A stretch of DNA of 64,000 nucleotides. Source: Bryobacteraceae bacterium (GTDB lineage Bacteria > Acidobacteriota > Terriglobia > Bryobacterales > Bryobacteraceae). The translations under genes were made by a program, and so were the position numbers. The stretch is taken from positions 61,084-125,083 of the forward strand of contig CANGYQ010000014.1 in assembly GCA_947458745.1 (NCBI GenBank), written 5' to 3'. The first letter of the stretch is position 1. Every line of letters starts with the position of its first letter. Positions 33,647 through 43,700 of the stretch are shown piece after piece. The notes under the pieces are model-generated. The model was given only the letters and a program-made list of their open reading frames with translations. It did no database searches and was not told the origin of the DNA.

Positions 33647-36626
33647 AGAGAAACTCGCTTGTGTTCAAGAGTCCCCAGCACAACGTTTCCAGGCCGCTCT
33701 CCTTCACGAGCTTGGCGCTGGCTTCCATCTCCCAGGCTTGCGGCTTCCGGCCGAGCGCCAGCGCAAATGCCCGGTTGATCTGGGCCTCGGCGGCGCCGGT
33801 CTCTTGGCGCAGCCGCGCGGCGAATGCCTTCGCCTGCTGATGCACAAAGCCGTTGTTCATGAGGCTGAGCGCTTGCAGGGCCGTGGTGGTGGCGGCGCGT
33901 TTCGGCATCTTCACCGCGGGTAACGGGCAATCGAGCGCCTCGAGCATCGGGCTACCGGCCGTGATCACGTTCATCCGATATATGGTTCGCCGCAGTTGAT
34001 CAGGCTCGCTCGATTCGTTCAACTGATAGGCGCGATAGCTTCCCTTGGTGTCCGCAATTTTGAACGGCTGGAAGCCCTTGCCGAACATCTGTGGATTCAA
34101 CTGCCCGCTGACACTGAGCATCGAATCTCGCACAACCTCACCCTGCACACGGCGCGGCGCAAATCGCCACAGCAGCCGGTTATCGGCGTCTTTCTTTGCC
34201 GCCTCGGCGTTGAACGCAGATGACTGCTGGTAGGCTTCCGTCATTAGGATCATCTTGTGCAGAGCTTTTAGCCGGCCGCCGCCCGCACGAAACTCCGTCG
34301 CGAGCCAATCGAGCAACTCGGGATGGCTCGGCGGGCCGCCATTGTATCCGAAGTCATTCGGGTTCTCCACCAGCCCGGTGCCGAAATGGTGGTGCCAAAC
34401 GCGGTTGACGATCACTCGCCAGAACAGCGGATTGTCCTCCGCCGTAATCCAGTCCGCCAGCTTGCGGCGCTTGTCTGTGTCGGAAGCGTCAGGCGCGAGA
34501 CCGAAATCCGCAGTGACGCCTTTCACCGCCGAGACGCCGCCCGGGGTCACCACGTCGCCTTTCTTGTTCACATCGCCGCGGGCAAGCACATGCGTCGGCG
34601 CGGCCGGACGCACCGAAGCGATCCAGGCCGGTTCCGGTGTTGGGATCTCCGCCAGCCGCTTCCTCTCCGCTTTCAGACTCGCCTCGGCCGACTCCAGTTC
34701 TGCCCGCTGCTCGCCAGTCATGCGCGGGCGCAACGCGCCGGCCGGATAGTTCACCACGCCTTGCGAAAACGAAGCCAGCAAGTCCGCTGCGCTCAGCGCC
34801 CGGTCATACAGTCGGGCTTCTTCGATCTGCAACTCCGGAGTCACGGTGAAGCGGACCACGGCGTCGTTAGCGAAATAGGTTTGCAGCTTCGCCGAGGCCG
34901 TGCCCTGCTCCGGCAGATAGGCAGCGCCGTACGGTTTCCCGTTACGGTAGATCTGAATGCGATCGTCCGATGAATAGACAATCGCCACGTGCAGCAGACC
35001 ACCTTCGGCGGTGTCCTCCGGCAGGCCGTTCACGTCCGCTGAACGAAACCGGCCGATCGACTGGTTCTCCCACTGGCGGTTCTTTCCCGCCACGTACTGC
35101 ATTCCGTCCACGCTTGACCCGCGGAACCCACTGCGATTGCGGAGCGTGAAAACCTGCACGGTGGTGGATGGCAGTTTCTTAACTCGAATCCACGCTTCCA
35201 GCGTCTTCTCTCGAATCTCCTTCTCCAGGGGCGAAGTCGTGAGCACGACGCTCTCCACCTTGTCCGCCGGCGCGAGTACGCCACCTTCGATACGCATTTT
35301 GCCGGTCAAGCTTCCCTGCAATCCCGCGCCGTCGTTGCGAGCGTCCACGTCAAAGGTCCAGCGGGCGTAAGGCTGCGCAGTGGCCGGGCGCTCCACCGGC
35401 CTCGCCGCCCGGTACGCACCGGCAATCTTCCTCTCCCATTCGGCGATCCGCGCGCGAACTGGATTCACGCGTTCGTCGTACGCGCGCTGTTCCTCCGGAG
35501 TCAACAGCGGCAGTGAGGACGGATTCGGGTCGATGACGTTGGGGTCGCGCCCGATCGTCGGCCACACCGAAGAGAGGGTCGACCGCAGGCGATAGTATTC
35601 ACGCTGCGGGATCGGATCGAACTTGTGATCGTGGCATCGAGCGCAGTTCACGGTGAGGCCGAGAAACGTCTGCCCGACTACGCCGAGCATCTCTTCGAGC
35701 ATGTCCTCGCGCACCGCCTCGCGTTCGGAATCCACAGCCGACGTCAGCCCGATCGCATCGGTAGGCCCCATCGTCAGGAGCGCCGTGGCGAGCATGCTTT
35801 CCTGCGTGGGCTTTTCCAGGACATCGCCCGCAATCTGCTCTCGGGCGAACTGCGCGTACGGCTTGTCGCCGTTCAGGCTGCGAATCACGTAGTCGCGATA
35901 CTTCCAAACGTTCTCGCGCAATTGGTCGCGCTCGTAGCCCTCGCTTTCGGCGTAGCGCGCCAGGTCGAGCCAATGCCGCGCCCAACGTTCACCGTAGTGC
36001 GGAGAGGCCAGCATCTGATCCACCAGCCGCTCATAAGCGTCGGCTCGCGTATCTGCTAGGAAAGCGTCCACGGCCGCCGGATCCGGCGGCAGACCCAGCA
36101 GGTCAAAACTCAGCCGGCGGATCAAGGTCCGCCGGTCGGCGGCCGGTGACGGCGAAAGTCCGGCTTTCTGCAGTCCCGCGTAAACCCAACGATCAATGGA
36201 CGACCGCGCCCAGCGCGCCGGCGTCTCCGGCGCAGTGGAGTTCCGCAGCGGTTGCAGGGACCACCAGTCCGTTCCGGCTCGCTTCTCAACGATCGGCGCG
36301 GACCAAGGCGCTCCGGCTTCGATCCACTCCCGCAGCGTGCGCCGCTCTTCGACCGGCAAGGGCGCCGAGGGCGGCATCTGCCCCTTCTCGATGCGCTCCC
36401 ACAGCAGGCTTCCCGCCAACTCCGCAGGCTTCAGGCCGGGGCCGCGCAGGCCGCCTTGGATCGCAGTTTCGCGCCGGGTCAAATCGAGCTTCGCCATCTT
36501 CACTTTGGCGCTATGACAGCTTATGCAGCGCCGTTGCAGGATCTCGGTGGCCGACGTTTCGAGTTCGGCGGCCGCCAAGCTGGGGGCAATAGCAAGAATC
36601 GTGACAAACGAAGCCGGTTGGCGCAT
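33636..36626 (-). CDS. PSCyt1/DUF1549/DUF1553 (PSD1) domain protein with internal LamG-like insert
   Basis: 'RCISCHSAKVKMAKLDLTRRE' is the planctomycete cytochrome-C-like domain, 'RRLSFDLLGLPPDP' belongs to DUF1549, and 'NPLFWRVIVNRVWHHHFGTGLVENPNDFG' to DUF1553. The central 'LHVAIVYSSDDRIQIYRNGKPYG' is LamG-like. The stop overlaps the DUF1501 start by 11 nt. Confidence 0.8.
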   Translation of the reverse strand: MRQPASFVTILAIAPSLAAAELETSATEILQRRCISCHSAKVKMAKLDLTRRETAIQGGLRGPGLKPAELAGSLLWERIEKGQMPPSAPLPVEERRTLREWIEAGAPWSAPIVEKRAGTDWWSLQPLRNSTAPETPARWARSSIDRWVYAGLQKAGLSPSPAADRRTLIRRLSFDLLGLPPDPAAVDAFLADTRADAYERLVDQMLASPHYGERWARHWLDLARYAESEGYERDQLRENVWKYRDYVIRSLNGDKPYAQFAREQIAGDVLEKPTQESMLATALLTMGPTDAIGLTSAVDSEREAVREDMLEEMLGVVGQTFLGLTVNCARCHDHKFDPIPQREYYRLRSTLSSVWPTIGRDPNVIDPNPSSLPLLTPEEQRAYDERVNPVRARIAEWERKIAGAYRAARPVERPATAQPYARWTFDVDARNDGAGLQGSLTGKMRIEGGVLAPADKVESVVLTTSPLEKEIREKTLEAWIRVKKLPSTTVQVFTLRNRSGFRGSSVDGMQYVAGKNRQWENQSIGRFRSADVNGLPEDTAEGGLLHVAIVYSSDDRIQIYRNGKPYGAAYLPEQGTASAKLQTYFANDAVVRFTVTPELQIEEARLYDRALSAADLLASFSQGVVNYPAGALRPRMTGEQRAELESAEASLKAERKRLAEIPTPEPAWIASVRPAAPTHVLARGDVNKKGDVVTPGGVSAVKGVTADFGLAPDASDTDKRRKLADWITAEDNPLFWRVIVNRVWHHHFGTGLVENPNDFGYNGGPPSHPELLDWLATEFRAGGGRLKALHKMILMTEAYQQSSAFNAEAAKKDADNRLLWRFAPRRVQGEVVRDSMLSVSGQLNPQMFGKGFQPFKIADTKGSYRAYQLNESSEPDQLRRTIYRMNVITAGSPMLEALDCPLPAVKMPKRAATTTALQALSLMNNGFVHQQAKAFAARLRQETGAAEAQINRAFALALGRKPQAWEMEASAKLVKESGLETLCWGLLNTSEFLYVE

Positions 36627-36627
36627 A

Positions 36628-36640
36628 CTGGTATGACCAG
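36628..36640. promoter_or_regulatory. inverted repeat CTGGT-ATG-ACCAG (GntR/FadR-type operator candidate)
   Basis: Lies 1 nt upstream of the DUF1553 start codon and fits the GntR-family GT-Nx-AC operator pattern. Flanked by GGTATG (36630-36635) and GGTATA (36645-36650) direct repeats. Confidence 0.4.
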
Positions 36641-36644
36641 ATGA

Positions 36645-36674
36645 GGTATATCACGTCGGAAATGCCGAAGTCAA
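36645..36674 (-). promoter_or_regulatory. sigma70-like promoter TTGACT-N18-TATACC (TG-extended) for the DUF1553 operon
   Basis: The minus strand reads TTGACT (36674-36669), an 18-nt spacer ending in TGA, then TATACC (36650-36645). There are 18 nt between the -10 element and the ATG. Confidence 0.35.
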
Positions 36675-36793
36675 TCCATCTGAGGGCGGAGCCGATAGGG
36701 CCAACGCCACACTCGGGGGCGTGGCGTCCGTGGCGCCATGGGACTGACCACTCCGATCCAATGACGACGCCAGCCAAGGTCACTACTACCTAG

Positions 36794-37504
36794 GTGCTTT
36801 TCGATGAGATGCTCCGGCGCATCCAGACCGGCGAATGGCCGGTGGGCAAGCCCATCCCGGCCGAACGGACGCTCATTACGGAATTGAACGTAAGCCGCAT
36901 CGCCCTGCGCGAGGCGCTCAGCATGCTCCGCTCGCTCGGTGTTCTCGACACAAGCCACGGGCGCAAGTCGATTGTCCGTCAGGTGGGCACCGAGCTTTTC
37001 GACCGGATCGTTCCTCGTATCTTCTCGTTGGAACCCGTCAGCGGCTTTCACCAGGTCTTCGAAATGCGCCTTGCGATCGAGGTGCCGGATGCGGCCCTGG
37101 CGGCGCAGCGCCGCACGGAGGGTGACCTGGCCAAGCTTGATGCGCTTGCCGCCGAGTACGCGCTCCAGGACAGTGTGGAGGTAGATCACTACCAGAGAAC
37201 CGATCTCGAGTTCCACCTGCAAATCGCGCGCGCGACGCAGAATCCGCTCTTTACAGCGATGCTCAACTTCATCTCCCGGTACGTCATCGCCGGCCAGCAG
37301 CAAAGCTGGGGATCGAGCCGCCCGGTCGCCTGGGACCGCGCCAAGCGCGCCCACTTCGCGATTTTCGAAGCGATTCGAGACCAGGACGGCAGCCGCGCTC
37401 GGGTCGAAATGGAGGCCCACTTGCGCTACACCGCCTCGCTCGTCCCGCGAATCGATAGCGCATCGGGCGAGCTCTGGGCATACCAGATCACTTGTCGACC
37501 GTGA
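36794..37504 (+). CDS. GntR family transcriptional regulator (FadR subfamily, FCD domain)
   Basis: 'PIPAERTLITELNVSRIALREALSMLRSLGVLDTSHGRKSIV' is the GntR wHTH, and the C-terminus is an all-helical FCD-like domain. GTG start. Divergent from the DUF1553 operon. Confidence 0.8.
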   Translation: MLFDEMLRRIQTGEWPVGKPIPAERTLITELNVSRIALREALSMLRSLGVLDTSHGRKSIVRQVGTELFDRIVPRIFSLEPVSGFHQVFEMRLAIEVPDAALAAQRRTEGDLAKLDALAAEYALQDSVEVDHYQRTDLEFHLQIARATQNPLFTAMLNFISRYVIAGQQQSWGSSRPVAWDRAKRAHFAIFEAIRDQDGSRARVEMEAHLRYTASLVPRIDSASGELWAYQITCRP

Positions 37505-37517
37505 GCCAAGTCCCCGC

Positions 37518-37547
37518 TTGACTTCGACTTGAAAAGCCGAATACACT
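37518..37547 (+). promoter_or_regulatory. sigma70-like promoter TTGACT-N18-TACACT
   Basis: TTGACT at 37518-37523, TACACT at 37542-37547. Lies upstream of the OMP 5' remnant. Confidence 0.35.
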
Positions 37548-37630
37548 CCGTGTGTCTGTATTACAGTTGATCGGTCCGTATTGTGGACCTTTTTTGGGGG
37601 CCAATCCCAACCAAGAGAGTCCTTTGCGCC

Positions 37631-37747
37631 ATGTTGCTATTTCGCGGTTTTATCGTCATTTCGTTGTCAACAGCTATTGCCCTTGGACAGACGGTCCAGA
37701 TGACCGGAAGAGTCGCGGACTCGAGCCAAGCGGTGGTCCCAAACGTA
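37631..37747 (+). pseudogene. 5' remnant (about 39 codons) of a CarboxypepD_reg/TonB-receptor-like OMP gene
   Basis: 'MLLFRGFIVISLSTAIALGQTVQMTGRVADSSQAVVPNV' is a signal peptide plus the first strand of the CarboxypepD_reg domain seen in the paralogs. Homology then stops. Confidence 0.55.
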
Positions 37748-37879
37748 TTCCTGAACGATCTCCTCCGCGATTTCGACATTTCCCGTCAACCGGCTGGCGA
37801 AGCGAACCATCACTGAGTACCAGGACTGGTACAGTGCGGTCACCGCCGACGCGTGCGCTTGGTCGCGAACCAGAACCAA
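37739..37879 (-). pseudogene. 5' remnant (about 47 codons) of an ECF sigma-70 factor gene
   Basis: AGGAGG then TTG 37879. 'ALYQSWYSVMVRFASRLTGNVEIAEEIVQE' is the sigma-70 region 2 pattern of ECF sigma factors. The frame then reads antisense OMP remnant and stops. Confidence 0.5.
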
Positions 37880-38248
37880 GTTCCTCCTAACTGGTAGTGT
37901 CGAATTTGATTCAGTATGTATACACGAGAGCGAAACGTGCTTCGGCTTGGGAGCGGTCTGCCAAACTCCCGGTCACGCCCAAGGATCTTAACGCCGGTCG
38001 CGGGGCCGCCCGGAACCAGGTGATCGGCCTCGCATTGTCGCTCGTGGAGGATGGAGAAGAGGAACTGGTTCGAACGGCGAGGGAGTCGCGACGATCTTGT
38101 CGCCCGACTTTGGGAAATGCGGAGGCAGAGCCCGGGTAGGTCGCCTGATCCGGCCGGATTCGCTTAGCGCCCTAAGCGCGTTGAATGTTTCTCAAATCGT
38201 GGCTCGGCATCGAGGCGGAGGCGTTCGCCAGTGGGCTTCGCGATGCCT

Positions 38249-39001
38249 TCAGCGGGAAGTTCGTCGCTGCGATTCGCCCTTGGCTCGCTGCGGCCCGCGG
38301 AGCATGCGCGCCGGTTCTGCCGCCATAGCCTTCGATCTCTCCATCGCCTCGTTGATCCGGAAGCGGACGTGGGTGCGCATGGCCTCGGCGGCTTCGGCCG
38401 GTGTTCCCGTAGTGAGCACCTGAGCCAAATCACGATGCCAGCGTTCAGGGAAGGGATCAAATGCCGGCACGCGGGAGAACAGCCAGTTGAAGAGCAACAC
38501 GCGGCTACGTTCGACGGCGCTGGAGAAAGCGGGCACGCCCACCGCGCGCGCGATCAACATATGGAAGTCCATGTGTTGGCGCTCCGCGGCGGCGCCGCGC
38601 TCTGGCGCTACGAAGGGCTTGCGGGCCAGCGCGTTGTAGTTCAGGTCCAGCCGCTCGGCCGCTCGCAACAGACCCTTGCGCTGTGCCGCGGTGGCCGATT
38701 CGGCAAAAAGCCGCGCCGAATGCGTCTCCAGCGCCTCACGGAGAACATAGTTGCCGAGGATCTCTTCCGCCGTGGCAAGGCGGACCCGCGTTCCGGCACG
38801 CGGACGGCTCTCCACCAGGCCCTCTGTCTCCAGGCGTGCGATGGCGTCGCCTACGGGAACGGCGCTCATGCCCAAACCATCGGCCAACTTTCGCCGGGAG
38901 AGCGGTGTCCCGGGCGTCAAACGGCCTTCGAGAATCGCTGTCCGGATGGACTCATAGGCCAAGTCGGAGAGGGTGGTCCCGTTGGTTCGCTTCATTGACA
39001 C
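38249..39001 (-). CDS. GntR family transcriptional regulator (FadR subfamily, FCD domain)
   Basis: 'LSRRKLADGLGMSAVPVGDAIARLETEGLVESRPRAGTRV' is the GntR wHTH, followed by a helical FCD-like C-terminus. It is the last gene of the minus-strand GH/OMP operon. Confidence 0.85.
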   Translation of the reverse strand: MSMKRTNGTTLSDLAYESIRTAILEGRLTPGTPLSRRKLADGLGMSAVPVGDAIARLETEGLVESRPRAGTRVRLATAEEILGNYVLREALETHSARLFAESATAAQRKGLLRAAERLDLNYNALARKPFVAPERGAAAERQHMDFHMLIARAVGVPAFSSAVERSRVLLFNWLFSRVPAFDPFPERWHRDLAQVLTTGTPAEAAEAMRTHVRFRINEAMERSKAMAAEPARMLRGPQRAKGESQRRTSR

Positions 39002-39014
39002 TTGAAACTCGATC

Positions 39015-40718
39015 TTACGACACCACTTCGATCTTCAGCACCTGGTTTCCGGTGGCTGTGGCGGGCAGGCTCTTGGCTTCGCGACCATTGGTGGTCAATT
39101 TGCGCACCGTTTGGCCCGCGCCAGTGATTTCGATCTGGAGCAGTGCGCCGCGATACGGCAGGTCCTGGAGTACGATTGGGCCGAGACCCGGCGGAACGCA
39201 AGGCTGGAAGGTGAGCCCGCTGGGCTGCATCCGTATGCCGATCAGTCCGTGCAAAACCGTGCGTAAGAAAGCCGTGGCGCTAAACGTGTTGCGTCCGCAG
39301 GCCTGCCGGCGATTGATGCCGGGCTTGCCGGCCTCCGGCGGAAAAAGCTTCGTCAGTGCTTCGGGCGTCGCCTCTCCGGTTCCGCCGAGACGAGCTTCCA
39401 CAAAGGCGCGCATGGCCAGGCCTGCGCGGGCGGTGCGGCTCTCCTGAATGCCGCCGTAGATTTCGCCGGTGACGGGATGGTAGATTTCGGCAAACTGATT
39501 GTCGCGGCAGGCGCGGTCGGCCATTGACTTCAGCTCGTGGGCGAATTGTTTCATGTGGCCGTGACGGGCGGCGGCCTCGGCCCACAGGCCGCAGACGGGC
39601 GGCCAGACCGTGGCGTTGTGATTCCCGAACGACATGCTATCCGCCGACGCGTAACGCGGATAGACCGGCCAGTTCAGCGGAATCCCGTGCGGTGTGATGT
39701 GCATCCCGTCGAAGATTCTTCTCGTTTGCTCCGGACTGGCAATGCCGAAGAGAACGGCGAAAGTATTGCCGAAGCCTTCCTGCTGATCGCTGCCGCCGAA
39801 CGGATCCACGATGTAGCGATAGAGCCCGGCGTCCTCGCGCCAGAAGTGTTGGTTGATCGCCGCTTTCAAACGAGCTGCCTTCTGTTCGATCGACGTATCC
39901 ACCGGCAGCCCCAGTTCGCGCTGCATCAGCGCCGCTATGACGTAGGCCTGATAGTTCACGCAATTGGTGGAGAGCACGTGCATCGGCAAGCCCATACCCG
40001 TGGGCACCTTGTGTTCGGGGTGGTGTTCGGGCCACTTGCGGATGTGTCCCACGCCGGGAGTGTCCTTTACCCAGAAGTCGGGGTAAGACGAAATGCCATC
40101 GCCAATCACGGCCGCGCCGCGAAAGAGATTCAGCTTGGCATCGAATTCCTCGCGCTCCATGTGCTCAAAGGCCGCCAGTGTAGCGGTGAGCGCGACCTTC
40201 AGAAATGGCCGGTTGCCCGTACACAAATAATGCTGCCAGGCCCCGAGCGTCCAGCCAAAGCCGGAGATCCAGTAGTCGGCCCGCAGACCCCGGTCGTCGG
40301 GAAGCAGGTTTGCCAGCAGCGATCCGGTGACCGCCTCAGGATGCAGAAAGCTTGCCCCGTCCCACGCATGCATCATCACGTCAAACGAATAGAGGCCGTA
40401 GTCCAGACCGGACAGCAAGAACGACAGCGGCGACGGGATCACGTCGCGCGTACCAGCCACTTGGATAATCCGCTGCGAGAGCGTCTCCCACTTCTTCGCC
40501 GGCAGCGGAATCGGCAGCGACGTGATGGCCGGCCAGGGCACGATGTTGCTGCGGAGATCGCCGCAGGCAATGCGAAAGGCGCGGCTCAAGTTTGGGTCGC
40601 TGGTGGTGAGGAATGGCTGCCAGCCGTTGCGCGGAGCCGCGAGCTTTTGTGCGGGCGCGCTACTGGCCAGGGCCGTAGCGGTCAGGCCGGATGCTTTTGC
40701 AAAGGTACGACGGTTCAT
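39015..40718 (-). CDS. putative (alpha/alpha)6-barrel glycoside hydrolase, Tat-exported
   Basis: Tat-like signal 'MNRRTFAKASGLTATALASSAPAQ'. Helical-repeat body with 'FGNTFAVLFGIA' and 'FAEIYHPVTGEIYGG', reminiscent of six-hairpin glycosidases (GH63/GH78-clan-like). Family not assignable by eye. Confidence 0.5.
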   Translation of the reverse strand: MNRRTFAKASGLTATALASSAPAQKLAAPRNGWQPFLTTSDPNLSRAFRIACGDLRSNIVPWPAITSLPIPLPAKKWETLSQRIIQVAGTRDVIPSPLSFLLSGLDYGLYSFDVMMHAWDGASFLHPEAVTGSLLANLLPDDRGLRADYWISGFGWTLGAWQHYLCTGNRPFLKVALTATLAAFEHMEREEFDAKLNLFRGAAVIGDGISSYPDFWVKDTPGVGHIRKWPEHHPEHKVPTGMGLPMHVLSTNCVNYQAYVIAALMQRELGLPVDTSIEQKAARLKAAINQHFWREDAGLYRYIVDPFGGSDQQEGFGNTFAVLFGIASPEQTRRIFDGMHITPHGIPLNWPVYPRYASADSMSFGNHNATVWPPVCGLWAEAAARHGHMKQFAHELKSMADRACRDNQFAEIYHPVTGEIYGGIQESRTARAGLAMRAFVEARLGGTGEATPEALTKLFPPEAGKPGINRRQACGRNTFSATAFLRTVLHGLIGIRMQPSGLTFQPCVPPGLGPIVLQDLPYRGALLQIEITGAGQTVRKLTTNGREAKSLPATATGNQVLKIEVVS

Positions 40719-40721
40719 AGA

Positions 40722-43700
40722 CTAGAAGAGGATCTTGAGTGCCACCTGAAGCTGGCGTGGTGTGTTCTGCTGCGCCGTGATCTGCCCAAACGCGTTGTTA
40801 CCGGCGGTAGTGTTGGGCGCCGCGAACTGTACGCGGTTGAAAGCGTTGAACGCTTCAAAACGGAACTGCGCGCGGACGGATTCTTTCAACGGGAAATTCT
40901 TGAACAGCGAAAGGTCGTAGTTGGCCGTGCCGTGGGTACGGAAGTCCGGCGTGGTGCGGGAGCTATTGCCGAACGTGAAGGCTGCCGGTACGGCGAAAGC
41001 CGAGGTGTCGAACCAGCGGGTGAGGCGCTCCTGCGCGGGGCCCGTGAGCTTGGACCCGGTGCTGGTCCGGTTGGGGCGCGTCCCCCCGGTCGATCCCATG
41101 ATCAGCGGGAAGCCGCTCTGGAAGCTGCCGATTCCATTGACCTGCCAGTTGCCGAGGAGCAGATCGGCCCAGCGAGACATGTTCCTGCCGACGAGCTTGC
41201 CGCGGCCGAACGGCAGCTCATAGAGGCCCGACAGCGCCAAGCGCTTGGAGACGTCCTGCGGATCGAGCGAGCGTTCCAGGCGGAGGTTGTAGTGATCGAG
41301 GATGCCGGCGCTGGGGCCGGAGGCATCCTGCCCGGTATCGTTGATGTTCTTGGCGATGGTGAGTGCGCCCAGGGCCGTGAAGCCCGTAGCGAAGCGCTTC
41401 TCCACGCGCATTTGGAGCGAGTGATACATCGAGTTGCCGATGCTCGGGTTCACCGCCGTGACCTGCGTGTACTGCGGATACGGGCGGATGAGCTGCCCGC
41501 GCGCTACGGTGCGCTGGCTGAGCGGACTGGTTGGGTCGGCGATGACTCCGAAGAATGGATTTTCCACCAGTTGGTTGTTCACGGTGCCGAGCGCCAGTTG
41601 CTCGCGGGTCAGGTCGTTCAGATTCACCGCTCCGAATTGCGTCTTATTCCCCTTGTTGGCCGCGTAGGTTGTTTCGATGATCGTGTTTTGTCCTACGCTT
41701 CGCTGAATCGAGAAGTTCCAGTTCTGGAAGTACGGCGTGGCCAAGCCGATGATGGCGGAGCGGTGTGCCTGGCCAAGCTGGACGGACGAAGTGAGCTGGT
41801 TGCCCCGCAACGGAGCGTTCATCCCGTTCGGAAAGGGGTTGGCCAGGTTCACGATTGGGGTGATGCCGTCGAGCGACGTGATGATGTTGGTGAGGCCGGT
41901 GAAACCGTCGGCGAAACCGCCCTGCGGCCCGGACGCATCGGTTGGCGAAAGGCCGAAGAAGACACCGTAACCCGCGCGCAGGGTGATGCGGTCGTTCAGT
42001 TGATAGGCCAGTCCGATGCGGGGCGCGAAGTTGTTCTTATCGGTGGCATAGATCTCGCGGCCAACGCCGCCAGCGCCGGTAAAGGTCATGGCTCCCCGTA
42101 GATTGGGAAAGGCCGGGACGCGTCCTGCGATGGGTGACGCGGCGTTGGCATCGAAGATGCTGTTGCGGTCGTAGCGCTCGGTCCGCGGAAGGTTGAGATC
42201 ATAGCGCACACCGGCATTGATCGTGACCTTGCGGCTGATCTTGTAATCCTCCTGCAGGAAGAAGGCGGCGTAGTTCGATTTGGATGCCATCTCCGGCAGA
42301 TTTGAGATCAGGCCCCCTGGAATACCAAGGAGGAAGGTGGCATAGCCAAGTCCGCCGGTGGCCGAGGCCTGGAATGGGTTGGGACCCTGCGTGAAGGTCT
42401 GAGTGAAATTGAAATTGCCACTGGCTTGGCCATTGCCCAGTCCATTCAGGAGATAGCCACGAAAATCGGCGCCGAATTTCAGCGTGTGTTTCCCGGCGAT
42501 CTCGGTGAGAGCACTCTGCATGGTGTGGCCTGTCTGGGTGCTGTAGTTCTGCACACCGTTGGCAATCGGCGACATACCGGTGATGGAGGTGGGCGGAATG
42601 GCCCGAACCTGTTGGGCGTCGCGGACGTTGGCGGCGAGGCCAATCGTGGTGACGTCGAATCCATCGCTCCAAGCCTGGCGCGTGCCAAACATTCGCGAGA
42701 CGCCGTAGTTGATATTGAGGATCAGGCTGGGGCTGAAGGTGTACGTGTCCTGCAGCGTGAACGAGTGGCGGCGCTGGGTGAGCGGCGGATTCGAGGAGTT
42801 GCCGATGTTGCCGTAGTAGTTCGGCTCACCGACCGACGGATACTGAATCGAGTAACGGCCAAAGATCTTGTGCCGCTCGGAGAGATTGTGGTCGAGCCGG
42901 ACGTCGCCGGTGTCCGTGACGTTCTTGCGTGATGCGCCGACATCGAGGTTGCCGACGAGGCGGTTATTGGAGGGATTCGGATAGTACTGGGCGAGCGCCC
43001 GCGCCACCGGGCTAATGCGCGGCGCCGGAATGCTATTGCCGGGAAACGGCAAGCGCGTGAAGGCGCCGGGGCTGGCTTCCCGCAAGGTGGACGGATCGTA
43101 GACGACGATCAGCGCCCCGGCGGGCGTCGTGCTGCGGGAGAAGTCACCTGCCCGTTCGAGCGCGGTGGGCACCGTGAAGTTGGCGGTGGCCAGTTGGGAC
43201 TCCCGGAAACCCTCGTAGTCGATGAAAAAGAATGTGCGATCGCGGCCCCGATAGAGCTTCGGCAGAACCACCGGACCGCCGAGCGTAAATCCGAACTGAT
43301 TGCGCTTCAGTGCGCCGAGCGGAACACCGGCGCGATTGGCGAAGAAGCTGTTGGCGTCCATCTTCGAGTTGCGCAGGAACTCATAGACGGAGCCGTGGGG
43401 TTGATTGGTGCCGGACTTGGTGATGACGCTGATCACTCCGCCGTTGAAGCGCCCGAAACTCCGCCGACAGCGCGTTGGTTTCCACCTTGAACTCGCTGAC
43501 GGCGTCGACGCTTGGCGTGTAGATCAGAAAACTGTTGCGGGTGGCGCCGCGGGGCGTGGTATTCGGCACGCCGTCCACCGTCACCTCGCTGGTGAAATTA
43601 CTGGCGCCGTTTATCGAGGGGACGCTGCCGCCGAGGTGCACGAAGCCGGCAGATGGCGTGGGCAGTACACCCGGAGACAATGCCGCGAGCGAAAAGGGTT

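Noticed and set aside
36671-37546. 291-aa minus-strand ORF
   Set aside because: It is antisense to the GntR regulator gene, whose wHTH motif is clear on the plus strand.
37817-37832. Perfect inverted repeat GTACCAG-GA-CTGGTAC that resembles the GTACCAG part of the 46995-47010 operator
   Set aside because: It lies inside the sigma-factor fragment and is explained by the peptide repeat Y-Q-S-W-Y-S (tac cag tcc tgg tac). There is no promoter context.
39537-42101. 854-aa plus-strand ORF, the longest unassigned ORF in the track
   Set aside because: It runs antisense across two well-supported minus-strand genes (GH 39015-40718 and OMP 40722-44151). Its composition is R/G/A/V-rich and low-complexity, typical of shadow ORFs in high-GC DNA, and no motif was recognised.
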